Below, piece by piece: positions 19,351 through 27,928 of a stretch of DNA of 64,000 bases. The position numbers and the translations under genes were made by a program. The notes under the pieces were generated by a model, which saw only the letters and a program-made list of their open reading frames with translations, was not told the DNA's origin and ran no database searches. The stretch comes from Bacteroidetes bacterium 37-13 (GTDB lineage Bacteria > Bacteroidota > Bacteroidia > Chitinophagales > LD1). Location of the stretch: the NCBI GenBank assembly GCA_001897535.1, contig MKTC01000010.1:116440-180439 (forward strand). The letters are read 5' to 3'. The first letter of the stretch is position 1, and each line of letters begins with the position of its first letter.

Positions 19351-19392
19351 GAGGTGCTTGCGCCTGTATGTTTTCAACTTACAAACTCCCTC
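19351..19392 (-). promoter_or_regulatory. L1-binding mRNA operator in the rplK leader
   Basis: GAGG-GAG-TTTGTA...TACAGG-CGCAAGCA-CCTC, same architecture as the enterobacterial GGG-GAG...CGC..A-CCC site. Promoter TATTTTCG at 19413-19420. Confidence 0.7.
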
Positions 19393-19464
19393 GTTGTTAA
19401 AAAATTGGGCTGCGAAAATAATATAATTTATCGGTTTCGCCAAATCCAAAGTGAATAAATGTTG

Positions 19465-19495
19465 AATTTCTATCCGACTCCTGCAGAATCTGGGT
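19465..19495 (+). mobile_element. Isolated right end of the same IS982-like element
   Basis: AATTTCTAT-[CCGACTCC]-TGCAGAATCTGGGT is identical to 55480-55502 except for an 8-bp insertion. Followed by TTAA. Confidence 0.65.
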
Positions 19496-19526
19496 TTAAA
19501 TTTATTTTAGCATCAAAAAATATTCA

Positions 19527-20198
19527 ATGGCATTTTTCAATAAGCAGTTTTTGTCCTTTTTTAAAGAATTAGAGCAAAACAATAGCAAAGATTGGTTTGA
19601 CGCAAACAGAAATATTTACGAAACTGAAATAAAAAAGCCTTTCAAAAGTTTGGTTGAATCGCTCATTTTAAAACTGCAAAAAGACCTGCCGGAAATAAAC
19701 CCAAATGCTTCAAAGTCTATTTTTAGAATCAATCGCGACATTCGTTTTTCTAAAAATAAAGCACCTTACAAAACTCATGTAGCTGCTGTTTTTGCACGAA
19801 AAGGAACAAAAGACATGGATTATCCTGGATTCTATATTCACTTGGGAGCCAATGAGTTAATGGCAGGTGGCGGAAGTTACATGTTAAGCAAAGAGCAACT
19901 TGCCAAAGTGCGGCAGGAAATCTATTACAACCCCGAAATTTTCAAAGAAATACTAAACGCCAAATCTTTCAAATCTGTTTACTCCGAAATTTTAGGAGAT
20001 AAAAACAAAGTGCTCCCTTCCGATTATAAAGAATTTGCACAAGAGCAACCGCTCATCGCCAACAAGAGTTTTTATTACATGGCAAAACTTCCAACTAAAC
20101 TTTTATTAGAAGATAACTTTGATGAAACTCTATACAAGCAATATTTTAAGCCTGCATACGGCTTCAATAAATTTCTACTTACCGCTTTAGAAGAGTAA
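19527..20198 (+). CDS. DUF2461 (TIGR02453) family protein
   Basis: LEQNNSKDWFDANR, IFRINRDIRFSKNKAPYKT, GFYIHL, GGGSY. Confidence 0.9.
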   Translation: MAFFNKQFLSFFKELEQNNSKDWFDANRNIYETEIKKPFKSLVESLILKLQKDLPEINPNASKSIFRINRDIRFSKNKAPYKTHVAAVFARKGTKDMDYPGFYIHLGANELMAGGGSYMLSKEQLAKVRQEIYYNPEIFKEILNAKSFKSVYSEILGDKNKVLPSDYKEFAQEQPLIANKSFYYMAKLPTKLLLEDNFDETLYKQYFKPAYGFNKFLLTALEE

Positions 20199-20206
20199 GA
20201 ATACAA

Positions 20207-20803
20207 TTAACTCAACTTACTCTGCAAAAGTTTCAAAAACTCGTTGCGCGTAACATGGTCGCCAAATGCTCCGGTATATGCCGAAGTAGTAGTAACGGAG
20301 TTTTGCTTTTGCACTCCACGCATCATCATACACAAGTGCTTTGCTTCTACAACTACCGCTACACCTTGAGGTTGCAATACTTCATTTATGCAATCGCGAA
20401 TTTGTATTGTTAGCCTTTCCTGCACTTGTAATCTGCGTGCAAAAACATCTACAACTCTTGCAAACTTACTTAGCCCTGCAATTTTACCATTAGGAATATA
20501 CCCAATATGTGCTTTACCATAGAAAGGTAATAAATGGTGTTCACAAAGTGAGTAAAGTTCTATGTCTTTTACAATTACAATTTCGCTATGATCTTCATTA
20601 AATAATGCACTTTTTAATATTGCATTAGCATCCATTTGGTAGCCGTGTGTTAGATAATGAATAGCTTTGGCAGCGCGTTGTGGAGTTTTTTCCAACCCTT
20701 CGCGGGTTATATCTTCTCCAACATTAAGCAATAACTGGGAATACAGTTCTGTAGCTTTTTCTATTGCCTGCTCTTTTAAATCGTTATTTTGAATTTCGCT
20801 CAT
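20207..20803 (-). CDS. folE: GTP cyclohydrolase I
   Basis: [46 protein letters not shown]. Confidence 0.97.
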   Translation of the reverse strand: MSEIQNNDLKEQAIEKATELYSQLLLNVGEDITREGLEKTPQRAAKAIHYLTHGYQMDANAILKSALFNEDHSEIVIVKDIELYSLCEHHLLPFYGKAHIGYIPNGKIAGLSKFARVVDVFARRLQVQERLTIQIRDCINEVLQPQGVAVVVEAKHLCMMMRGVQKQNSVTTTSAYTGAFGDHVTRNEFLKLLQSKLS

Positions 20804-20854
20804 TAAAAAATTATGTTTTTGTTATTTCAACAAATTTGATTTAGGGCTAAAAAT

Positions 20855-20879
20855 AAAAAAGTCCTCGAAATGAGGACTT
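20855..20879 (-). terminator. Intrinsic terminator after rplS
   Basis: AAGTCCTC-GAAAT-GAGGACTT with a T tract on the minus strand. Confidence 0.85.
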
Positions 20880-20902
20880 CTTATATACAATGAATTGATT
20901 TT

Positions 20903-21277
20903 TTATGCGTTTGCAGCAGTAGCAATTACACGTTTTTCTTGAATACGTGATGCTTTACCTTTTCTGTTTCTTTGGTAGTATAATTTCGCTCTGCGTACAC
21001 GACCAACTTTGTTCACTTCAATTTTATCAACAAATGGAGAAAATAAAGGGAAAATACGCTCCACACCAACACCATTAGATAATTTTCTAACCGTAAAAGT
21101 TGTTGTAACGCCTACGCCATTTACTTGAATAACATCACCGCGAAAATCTTGGATACGCTCTTTGTTTCCCTCAGTAATTTTGTATGATACAGTAACATTA
21201 TCACCCGGTTTAAAATCTGGATGCTGTTTTGCTTCTGCAAATAGTGTATCTGTTACTTCTTTAATAATATGATTCAT
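20903..21277 (-). CDS. rplS: 50S ribosomal protein L19
   Basis: [45 protein letters not shown]. Promoter TATATTTG at 21311-21318. Confidence 0.98.
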   Translation of the reverse strand: MNHIIKEVTDTLFAEAKQHPDFKPGDNVTVSYKITEGNKERIQDFRGDVIQVNGVGVTTTFTVRKLSNGVGVERIFPLFSPFVDKIEVNKVGRVRRAKLYYQRNRKGKASRIQEKRVIATAANA

Positions 21278-21353
21278 GTTGATTCTATTTCAATTTTTCA
21301 AAAAGGAGCGCAAATATAATTTTTCGCTTTGTTTCTACAAACTATTTTTAAAC

Positions 21354-21887
21354 TTAATTATTGGCAAACAACTCAAAAATGGTTTCGGGCTCTGCCATGC
21401 GTCCCTCACCCACTAATCCGCTTGCCAATTCGCCATTTTCAACCGGAATTAAAATATTACCAAAACTTTGCAGTAAAGATATATTTCGCTGGGTTGCAGG
21501 GTGTTTCCACATATCTAAATCCATTGCCGGAGCAAAATAAACAGGACATTTTGCCGAAAAGTATGCTGCTAACAGCATATTATCACAAATACCATTTGCC
21601 ATTTTAGCGAGTGTATTTGCCGATGCCGGAGCAATAACATAAGCATCTGCCCACAAACCTAATTCTACGTGATTATTCCAATTTGCTCCGTCTGAAACTT
21701 CAGTAATTACAGGGTGTTTACTTAGGGTAGAAAGTGTGAGCGGTGTAATAAAATTTAAAGCCGAAGCAGTGGCTGTTACTTTCACTTCTGCTCCGGCTTT
21801 TACAAAAAGTCGTATCAATGTTGCGGCTTTGTAAGCTGCGATAGAACCACTCACTCCAAGGAGTATTTTTTTCCCTTTTAAATGCAT
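21354..21887 (-). CDS. coaC: Stand-alone phosphopantothenoylcysteine decarboxylase (CoaC flavoprotein domain only)
   Basis: GVSGSIAAYK, APASANTLAK, APAMDLDMW, GELASGLVGEGRMAEP, then stop at 177 aa with no CoaB domain. Confidence 0.88.
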   Translation of the reverse strand: MHLKGKKILLGVSGSIAAYKAATLIRLFVKAGAEVKVTATASALNFITPLTLSTLSKHPVITEVSDGANWNNHVELGLWADAYVIAPASANTLAKMANGICDNMLLAAYFSAKCPVYFAPAMDLDMWKHPATQRNISLLQSFGNILIPVENGELASGLVGEGRMAEPETIFELFANN

Positions 21888-21908
21888 GGCTTTAATATTT
21901 TAGAAGGC

Positions 21909-22250
21909 TTATTTTGCTTCGTTACCTTCGAAATTTTCGCGGTAATAAACGTTGCCATCCATAAATTCGTTGGTAGCAATAAGTGTTGCATGCGGCAAAC
22001 GCTCATAAAAACGTGAAATTTCAATTTGCTCACGGTTTTCGTTTATTTCCTCTAAAGAATCGTTCGATTCAAAATCTTTTAATTTAGAATGAAGTTCTTC
22101 TTTTAATTCTTTTCCAATTTGGTTTGCTCTACGAGAAATAATATACAAAGACTCGTATAAATTGCCTGTTTTACCTGCAATAGCTGCCAAACTTTGTGTT
22201 TCGATGTAAGGATTTAGCTGCGATAGCTTTACTTTTTTACTCTTATCCAT
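21909..22250 (-). CDS. rpoZ: RNA polymerase omega subunit (Bacteroidota type)
   Basis: TGNLYES, ISRRANQI, ENREQIEISRFYERLP; lies in the bamD-rpoZ-coaBC context. Confidence 0.92.
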   Translation of the reverse strand: MDKSKKVKLSQLNPYIETQSLAAIAGKTGNLYESLYIISRRANQIGKELKEELHSKLKDFESNDSLEEINENREQIEISRFYERLPHATLIATNEFMDGNVYYRENFEGNEAK

Positions 22251-23382
22251 CTGTTTTTAATTTTTCCAGTGTTTTGTAAGCATTGCGGTAAATTCTTTCT
22301 GCTTCGCGCGAATGCCTGCTTTTTTTAAATTGGTCGGCAAAGATAAAATAACTTTTCACAGTTTTCTGCAAAGGTTCATTTTTAGCGATTCCTCGCTGCT
22401 CTTCTGCCATCAAATAATTTGTTTTAACTATATTAAAATAGGCTTGTTCTTTAATTTTATCGCACTTCTCTTGTAATTTTTCTTCTTTCAAAAGCGGCTT
22501 TTGCGTTTCAGCCTCTTTTATACATCTTCTAAAAATTGCTTCTCTATCTGAAATTCTACTCACTTGAGCCAATTCCATCAAGCCTTTTACAACCTGATAA
22601 CGCGATTGCTGCTCATATTCGGTAGCTTCTTCCATGTATTTACTCGAAGCAAATTTTCGACTAAATGTAATATAACTATCTAAAACGTGATCGAAGCGTT
22701 CTTCCTTTTTTGAAGGAATACTATTGATAGCAAATTTGTAGTTTGCCTTCACAATCATAAAGTAAATCCGCTCCGAATTATCTATGTCAGGATAAATTTC
22801 GAGTAGGTTTTCAAAAGTAGTTGCGGCAGCTCTGTAATGTTCTGTTTTGTAGTAAAGTTCTGCATTGCTCAGCGCTTTTTTCTCTAATTTTTTACGAAGT
22901 TTAGTGATAGACTTATTGCAACTATCTACCCGCGAGGCATTATCATAAAAATTATTCAAATAAAGCATATAAGCTTCAATTGCTTTATATGTATTCACCT
23001 GCTCCAACTCGTATTGTGGCGATTGATTATCTAAACTTTTCGCGTGAAGATAAAGACACTCTTCTGCATGTTCGCTGGTTGGGTATAAATCGAAAAAGTT
23101 TTTAAAGTGATATGCAGAAATAATGTAATCACCTTGTCTGTAATTGGCTAAACAATAATGGTAGTAAATGTTTTCAGTAGATTTTGTTCCTTTATATAAG
23201 CCCATCAATTCTTCAAAAACAGGAATACATTTATAGTATTGTTTTTTATTGAACCACTGCATGGCTTTTTTATACTTGTAATCTAAATCGGTAGATTTAG
23301 CAAGCTGCTCAGGAGTATCACAACTTTGCCAAAGCAATATAAAAACCAAAAATAATATTGAAAAAGAAAAACGTTTTTGCAC
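22243..23382 (-). CDS. bamD: Outer membrane assembly lipoprotein BamD with a C-terminal extension
   Basis: Lipobox LWQS-C after a probable GTG start at 23382; SAYHFKNF..YPTSEHAEEC, ELEQVNTYKAI, YKTEHYRAA. Confidence 0.88.
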   Translation of the reverse strand: MQKRFSFSILFLVFILLWQSCDTPEQLAKSTDLDYKYKKAMQWFNKKQYYKCIPVFEELMGLYKGTKSTENIYYHYCLANYRQGDYIISAYHFKNFFDLYPTSEHAEECLYLHAKSLDNQSPQYELEQVNTYKAIEAYMLYLNNFYDNASRVDSCNKSITKLRKKLEKKALSNAELYYKTEHYRAAATTFENLLEIYPDIDNSERIYFMIVKANYKFAINSIPSKKEERFDHVLDSYITFSRKFASSKYMEEATEYEQQSRYQVVKGLMELAQVSRISDREAIFRRCIKEAETQKPLLKEEKLQEKCDKIKEQAYFNIVKTNYLMAEEQRGIAKNEPLQKTVKSYFIFADQFKKSRHSREAERIYRNAYKTLEKLKTDG

Positions 23383-23398
23383 GCTTGATAAAAATATT

Positions 23399-23746
23399 TT
23401 AAGAAACAGTAGCAGAGGCGGCTTTCGCTGCATCATTAGCAGAAATTGCCTCATGCGATTCGGCATAAATTACTTTGCCGTTTTGCAACACAATTAACTG
23501 TGGCGATTGATGAATAACATTAAATTTTTCAGCCACAGCATTAGAAACCGAACGAAAAGAAAGTAAGTCGAGCAAGTAAACAGGAAATTCATCTTGCGGC
23601 ATTTTCCACTCTCGCTCAAATGTTTTTTTGGCAAAAACACTTACAGGGCATCTGGTGCTATGTTTAAAAACAACAACCGGATGCGCAAACGAAATCTTTT
23701 CAATTTCGCTCAATTCGCTTTCTGAATTAAGTTCTAACCAATTCAT
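23399..23746 (-). CDS. ytxJ: Bacillithiol-system redox protein YtxJ (DUF2847)
   Basis: VFKHSTRCPVS, YLLDLLSFRSVSNAVA, HQSPQ, SH..I. Confidence 0.9.
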   Translation of the reverse strand: MNWLELNSESELSEIEKISFAHPVVVFKHSTRCPVSVFAKKTFEREWKMPQDEFPVYLLDLLSFRSVSNAVAEKFNVIHQSPQLIVLQNGKVIYAESHEAISANDAAKAASATVS

Positions 23747-23750
23747 AATA

Positions 23751-23882
23751 CTAAACGCGAGCGTCTTGAACCGGTGTTTCTGCTTGGGTATAAGTTGGGC
23801 AAGTTTGTCTGTGGCACGAACTTAAACCTATAATTCCTGCTGCAACAACTACCGCAAAAAATAGTTTCATTATATTTTTCAT
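23751..23882 (-). CDS. Small 43-aa lipoprotein missed by the ORF track
   Basis: Manual translation MKNIMKLFFAVVVAAGIIGLSS-CHRQTCPTYTQAETPVQDARV*. Lipobox LSSC; promoter TACTTTCG at 23906-23913. Confidence 0.75.
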   Translation of the reverse strand: MKNIMKLFFAVVVAAGIIGLSSCHRQTCPTYTQAETPVQDARV

Positions 23883-24003
23883 GATGCAATTTTAAAAAAT
23901 GAACGCGAAAGTAAGCGAAAAATTATTCAAGCAATAAACAACATAGTATTGTGAATTGTTTTTGTCAAGTTTTGGGAAATAGAAATTGTATTATTGAACC
24001 GCA

Positions 24004-26226
24004 ATGAACTTAATAAAATCCTCTCCTGCCGAAATTGCCGAAAATTTTATCCGCTATACCTCAAAAAATATTTTTTTAACGGGAAAAGCCGGAACGGGCA
24101 AAACCACTTTGCTTAAAAAAATAATTTCAAGCACCTACAAAAAAACTATTGTAGCAGCACCAACTGGCATTGCTGCATTAAATGCAGGAGGCGTAACTTT
24201 ACATTCTCAATTTCAACTTCCGCTTGGTGGTTTTTTACCAACTTTCGGAAACCTTATTGCCGATGGAAATGTAAAGTTTGAAACAAAAGCAACTTTAGGC
24301 AGGCATTTACGCATGAATAATCACAAGCGTAAAACACTTTGCGAAGCCGAACTTTTAATTATTGATGAAGTGAGTATGCTGCGCGCAGATATTTTAGATG
24401 CCATAGATTTTGTGCTACAAAAAGTACGAAGAAACAATACTGCTTTTGGTGGCGTGCAAGTACTATTTATTGGCGATTTACTGCAACTTCCACCAGTAGT
24501 AAAAAAGGAAGAATGGCAGTTTTTAAGGGAATTCTATTACAGTCCGTTTTTCTTTGCGGCAAAAGTTTTAGAGCAAAATCCACCTGTTTATATTGAACTA
24601 AATAAAATTTACCGCCAGCAGGATAAAACTTTCACCGATGTTTTAAACAGCATTAGATACAACGAAATTCAAGAAGAAGATGTTGAAATTTTAAACCGCT
24701 ATTACATTCCGAATTTTAAACCCAAAGCACACGAAGGCTTTGTAACACTTACCACACACAATCGCTTTGCCGATAGCATTAACCAAAATGAATTGAACCA
24801 ACTGCGTTCCGTTTCATACAACTACCACGCTTTAATTGAGAACGACTTCCCCGAAAACATTTTTCCTTGCGATAAAACTTTGGTTTTAAAAGAAGGCGCG
24901 CAAGTAATGTTTACCAAAAACGATTACCAAGGCGGAAGATACTTTAATGGAAAAACAGGTGTGGTTAAATCATTAGATAACGATGCCATAATTGTAGAAA
25001 CCGACACCCACAAAAATATAGAAGTAGAGCGATTTACTTGGACAAACATTCGCTATTCGGTTGATGAAAACACTCGCGAAATTAAAGAAGAAGTATTAGG
25101 CACTTTTTCACAATTTCCCCTGCGCTTGGCTTGGGCAATTACCATTCACAAAAGCCAAGGCTTAACTTTCGACAAAGCTATTATTGATGTAAAAAATGTG
25201 TTTGCAGCCGGACAAACTTATGTGGCACTTTCACGTTTGCGAAGCCTTGATGGCTTGGTGCTTTCTACACCATTTTCTACAAGAGGAATTGCCAACGACC
25301 AAACCGTAATAAGCTTTGAAGAAACCAAAAACGAACAAGGCGATTTAAGCGAAAATTTCCAACAATCTTCCTTGCACCATTTGCAAACTTTATCAATGGA
25401 TTGCTACAATCTTTCCGGCATGCTGCGTGAATGGAACAATCACTTACTTAGCTACAATAAACTTGAAAACCTTTCGGAAAAACAAAAGCATTTAGAATGG
25501 GCACAAACTCAATATGAAAGCATAAAAACCATTGCTGAAACTTCTGCTAAATTCCTAAACCAACTCAAGCAAATTTTTGCACAAAGAACATTAGACAAAC
25601 CTTATTTGATTGAAAGATTAAATGCAGCTCAAAATTATTTCAACCAACCGCTGAAAAAGGTTTGTGCAGAAGTTTTTTTACATAAACGAAAAATGCAATT
25701 GGGCAAAACCACTAAAACTTATGCTGAAGAATTAGACGATTTAGATTCTATGCTAATGAATCAACTCAGGCTCATGCACCAATGCGAAAGTTTGGCTTCT
25801 ACCGTGCTGAACAATCAAACTCAAAAAGATGACAATTTAGATAAATTCGATACTTCGTGGCGAACTGCTTTAGCGCAAATTACGGTGGAAGCACCACAAA
25901 AGCCTGAGAAGAAAAAGAAAGAAAAAGGCGAAACCTACCGCACAACTTTAGCACTTTACAAAGAAGGAAAATTGATAGAAGAAATTGCTCAAGAAAGAAA
26001 CTTAGGCATTACCACTATCGAAGGGCATTTTGCACGTTTAATAGAGCAAGGTGAAATAAAAATTTTGAAAGTAATGAGCTACGAGCGCTGGAGCGAAATA
26101 AAACATAGCATTGAAGAAAATCAAGGACTATCAAATAAAGAGCTGCACACACAACTTCAAGAAAAATTTTCCTATGGTGAAATAAAAATGGTGATTGCAA
26201 GCCTTTCAACAGATTTGGAAATGTAG
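24004..26226 (+). CDS. Pif1/RecD-like SF1B helicase with a C-terminal helix-turn-helix domain
   Basis: TGKAGTGKTT, APTGIAA, IDEVSM, FGGVQVLFIGDLLQLPPV, QFPLRLAWAITIHKSQG, YVALSR, C-terminal LGITTIEGH. Confidence 0.9.
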   Translation: MNLIKSSPAEIAENFIRYTSKNIFLTGKAGTGKTTLLKKIISSTYKKTIVAAPTGIAALNAGGVTLHSQFQLPLGGFLPTFGNLIADGNVKFETKATLGRHLRMNNHKRKTLCEAELLIIDEVSMLRADILDAIDFVLQKVRRNNTAFGGVQVLFIGDLLQLPPVVKKEEWQFLREFYYSPFFFAAKVLEQNPPVYIELNKIYRQQDKTFTDVLNSIRYNEIQEEDVEILNRYYIPNFKPKAHEGFVTLTTHNRFADSINQNELNQLRSVSYNYHALIENDFPENIFPCDKTLVLKEGAQVMFTKNDYQGGRYFNGKTGVVKSLDNDAIIVETDTHKNIEVERFTWTNIRYSVDENTREIKEEVLGTFSQFPLRLAWAITIHKSQGLTFDKAIIDVKNVFAAGQTYVALSRLRSLDGLVLSTPFSTRGIANDQTVISFEETKNEQGDLSENFQQSSLHHLQTLSMDCYNLSGMLREWNNHLLSYNKLENLSEKQKHLEWAQTQYESIKTIAETSAKFLNQLKQIFAQRTLDKPYLIERLNAAQNYFNQPLKKVCAEVFLHKRKMQLGKTTKTYAEELDDLDSMLMNQLRLMHQCESLASTVLNNQTQKDDNLDKFDTSWRTALAQITVEAPQKPEKKKKEKGETYRTTLALYKEGKLIEEIAQERNLGITTIEGHFARLIEQGEIKILKVMSYERWSEIKHSIEENQGLSNKELHTQLQEKFSYGEIKMVIASLSTDLEM

Positions 26227-26301
26227 AAGCATTTTGCAATAATTGAAAAGTAGATAATTTCAGTTAGTCATTTTATTCTTCAAACTTTAATTTAATTGCA
26301 A

Positions 26302-27900
26302 ATGAGCACGCTTTCTACAAACATAAACTCAAATTCAAGCAGTTACAAAAGCAATCGCGAAGCCATGCTTCAGCTAATTGAAAAGTTGAATAAATACAAA
26401 GCAGAATCGCTTTACCAAGGCAAAGAACGACACATACAAAAAGCCAAAAGCGAAGGCAAATTTTCTGCCCGCGAAAGAATAGAATTGCTCTTAGACGAAA
26501 ATTCGCCATTTATGGAGTTGCTACCATTTGCGGGTCTTTCTGACAAAGGCAGCGAAGGCGGCACCACAACTGTTGGCGGCATTGGATTGGTGAACGAAAA
26601 ACTCTGCATGATAATTTCAAATGTTGGCACCAATAAAGGCGGAGCCGTAAATTTAGCCACGCTCAACAAGAGTTTCAGACTGGGCGAAATAGCCACAGAA
26701 AATGCTTTACCAACTATTACTCTGGTTGAAAGTGCCGGAGCAGACTTAACCGAGCAAGCCAAAATTTTCAACTATGGCGGAGCTTCATTCAGAAACATTA
26801 CAAGAAACTCAAAAGAAGGAAATGCAAGTATTTCAATAGTGTTTGGCAACTGCACAGCCGGTGGCGCTTATGTACCGGGAATGAGCGATTACACCATTTT
26901 TGTAAAAGGAAATGCAAAGGTTTTTTTAGCCGGTCCGCCTTTGGTAAAAATGGCAACCAACGAAATTGTGGACGATGAAAGTTTAGGCGGAGCAGAAATG
27001 CACAGCCGCATTTCTGGCGTGAGCGATTACCTTGCAGAAAACGAAACAGATGCCATTCGGCTTGCGCGAAGCATTGTGGCAAATCTGCGTCCTGCTCAAA
27101 CTAATTTTTCGCCTCCGGCAGAAGTTGCCGAGCCAAAATTCAATAGCGAAGAGCTATTAGGAATTATTCAAGCAGATGTGAAAAAATCTTTCGATGCGCA
27201 CGAGGTAATTGCAAGAATTGTTGATGGTTCAATCTTTGATGAATTTAAACCAGAGTGGGGAAATACTTTAATTACAGGTTGGGCAAAAATTCATGGTTAC
27301 AGTGTTGGAATTATTGCCAACAATGGCGTTCTGTTTTCAGAAAGTGCTAACAAAGGCGCACATTTTATTCAGTTGTGTAATAAAAATCTTACCCCAATTA
27401 TTTTTCTGCAAAACATTACCGGATTTATGGTTGGCAAGCAATACGAAGAAGGTGCAATTATTAAAAACGGAGCTAAAATGATTAACGCAGTTTCTAATAG
27501 CGAAGTTCCGGCAATTACAATACTGATGGGCGCTTCGTATGGCGCAGGAAATTATGCTATGAGCGGAAGAGCGTATCAGCCGCGCTTTTTATTCAGTTAC
27601 CCAAATTCTAAAATTGCAGTGATGGGGGCCGAACAATTAAGCGGTGTGATGGAAATAATTCAACGCCAAGCAGTTGAAAAAATGGGCGGCAATTATGATG
27701 AAGCGCAAGCCAGCATGTTTCGCAATCATTTAATGGGTGAAGTTGAAAAACAATCAAACGCATTTTATGCAAGTTCGCAGCTTTGGGACGATGGTATTAT
27801 TGACCCACGAGAAACAAGAAATTACCTCGGTTTTTGCTTAGCAGTTGTAAATAATAAACCAATTACAAGTGAAAACAAATACGGTGTTTTTAGAATGTAA
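26302..27900 (+). CDS. Acyl-CoA carboxylase carboxyltransferase (beta) subunit
   Basis: ARERIELLLD, LVESAGADL, GNCTAGGAY, AGPPLVKMAT, QNITGFMVG, SYGAGNYAM, WDDGIIDPRETR. Confidence 0.92.
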   Translation: MSTLSTNINSNSSSYKSNREAMLQLIEKLNKYKAESLYQGKERHIQKAKSEGKFSARERIELLLDENSPFMELLPFAGLSDKGSEGGTTTVGGIGLVNEKLCMIISNVGTNKGGAVNLATLNKSFRLGEIATENALPTITLVESAGADLTEQAKIFNYGGASFRNITRNSKEGNASISIVFGNCTAGGAYVPGMSDYTIFVKGNAKVFLAGPPLVKMATNEIVDDESLGGAEMHSRISGVSDYLAENETDAIRLARSIVANLRPAQTNFSPPAEVAEPKFNSEELLGIIQADVKKSFDAHEVIARIVDGSIFDEFKPEWGNTLITGWAKIHGYSVGIIANNGVLFSESANKGAHFIQLCNKNLTPIIFLQNITGFMVGKQYEEGAIIKNGAKMINAVSNSEVPAITILMGASYGAGNYAMSGRAYQPRFLFSYPNSKIAVMGAEQLSGVMEIIQRQAVEKMGGNYDEAQASMFRNHLMGEVEKQSNAFYASSQLWDDGIIDPRETRNYLGFCLAVVNNKPITSENKYGVFRM

Positions 27901-27928
27901 TTTTTAATCCCAACATTATTTCAAAGCA

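Noticed and set aside
23383-23466. ORF-track N-terminal extension of bamD overlapping ytxJ
   Set aside because: A GTG at 23382 gives a normal lipoprotein signal peptide and removes the overlap.
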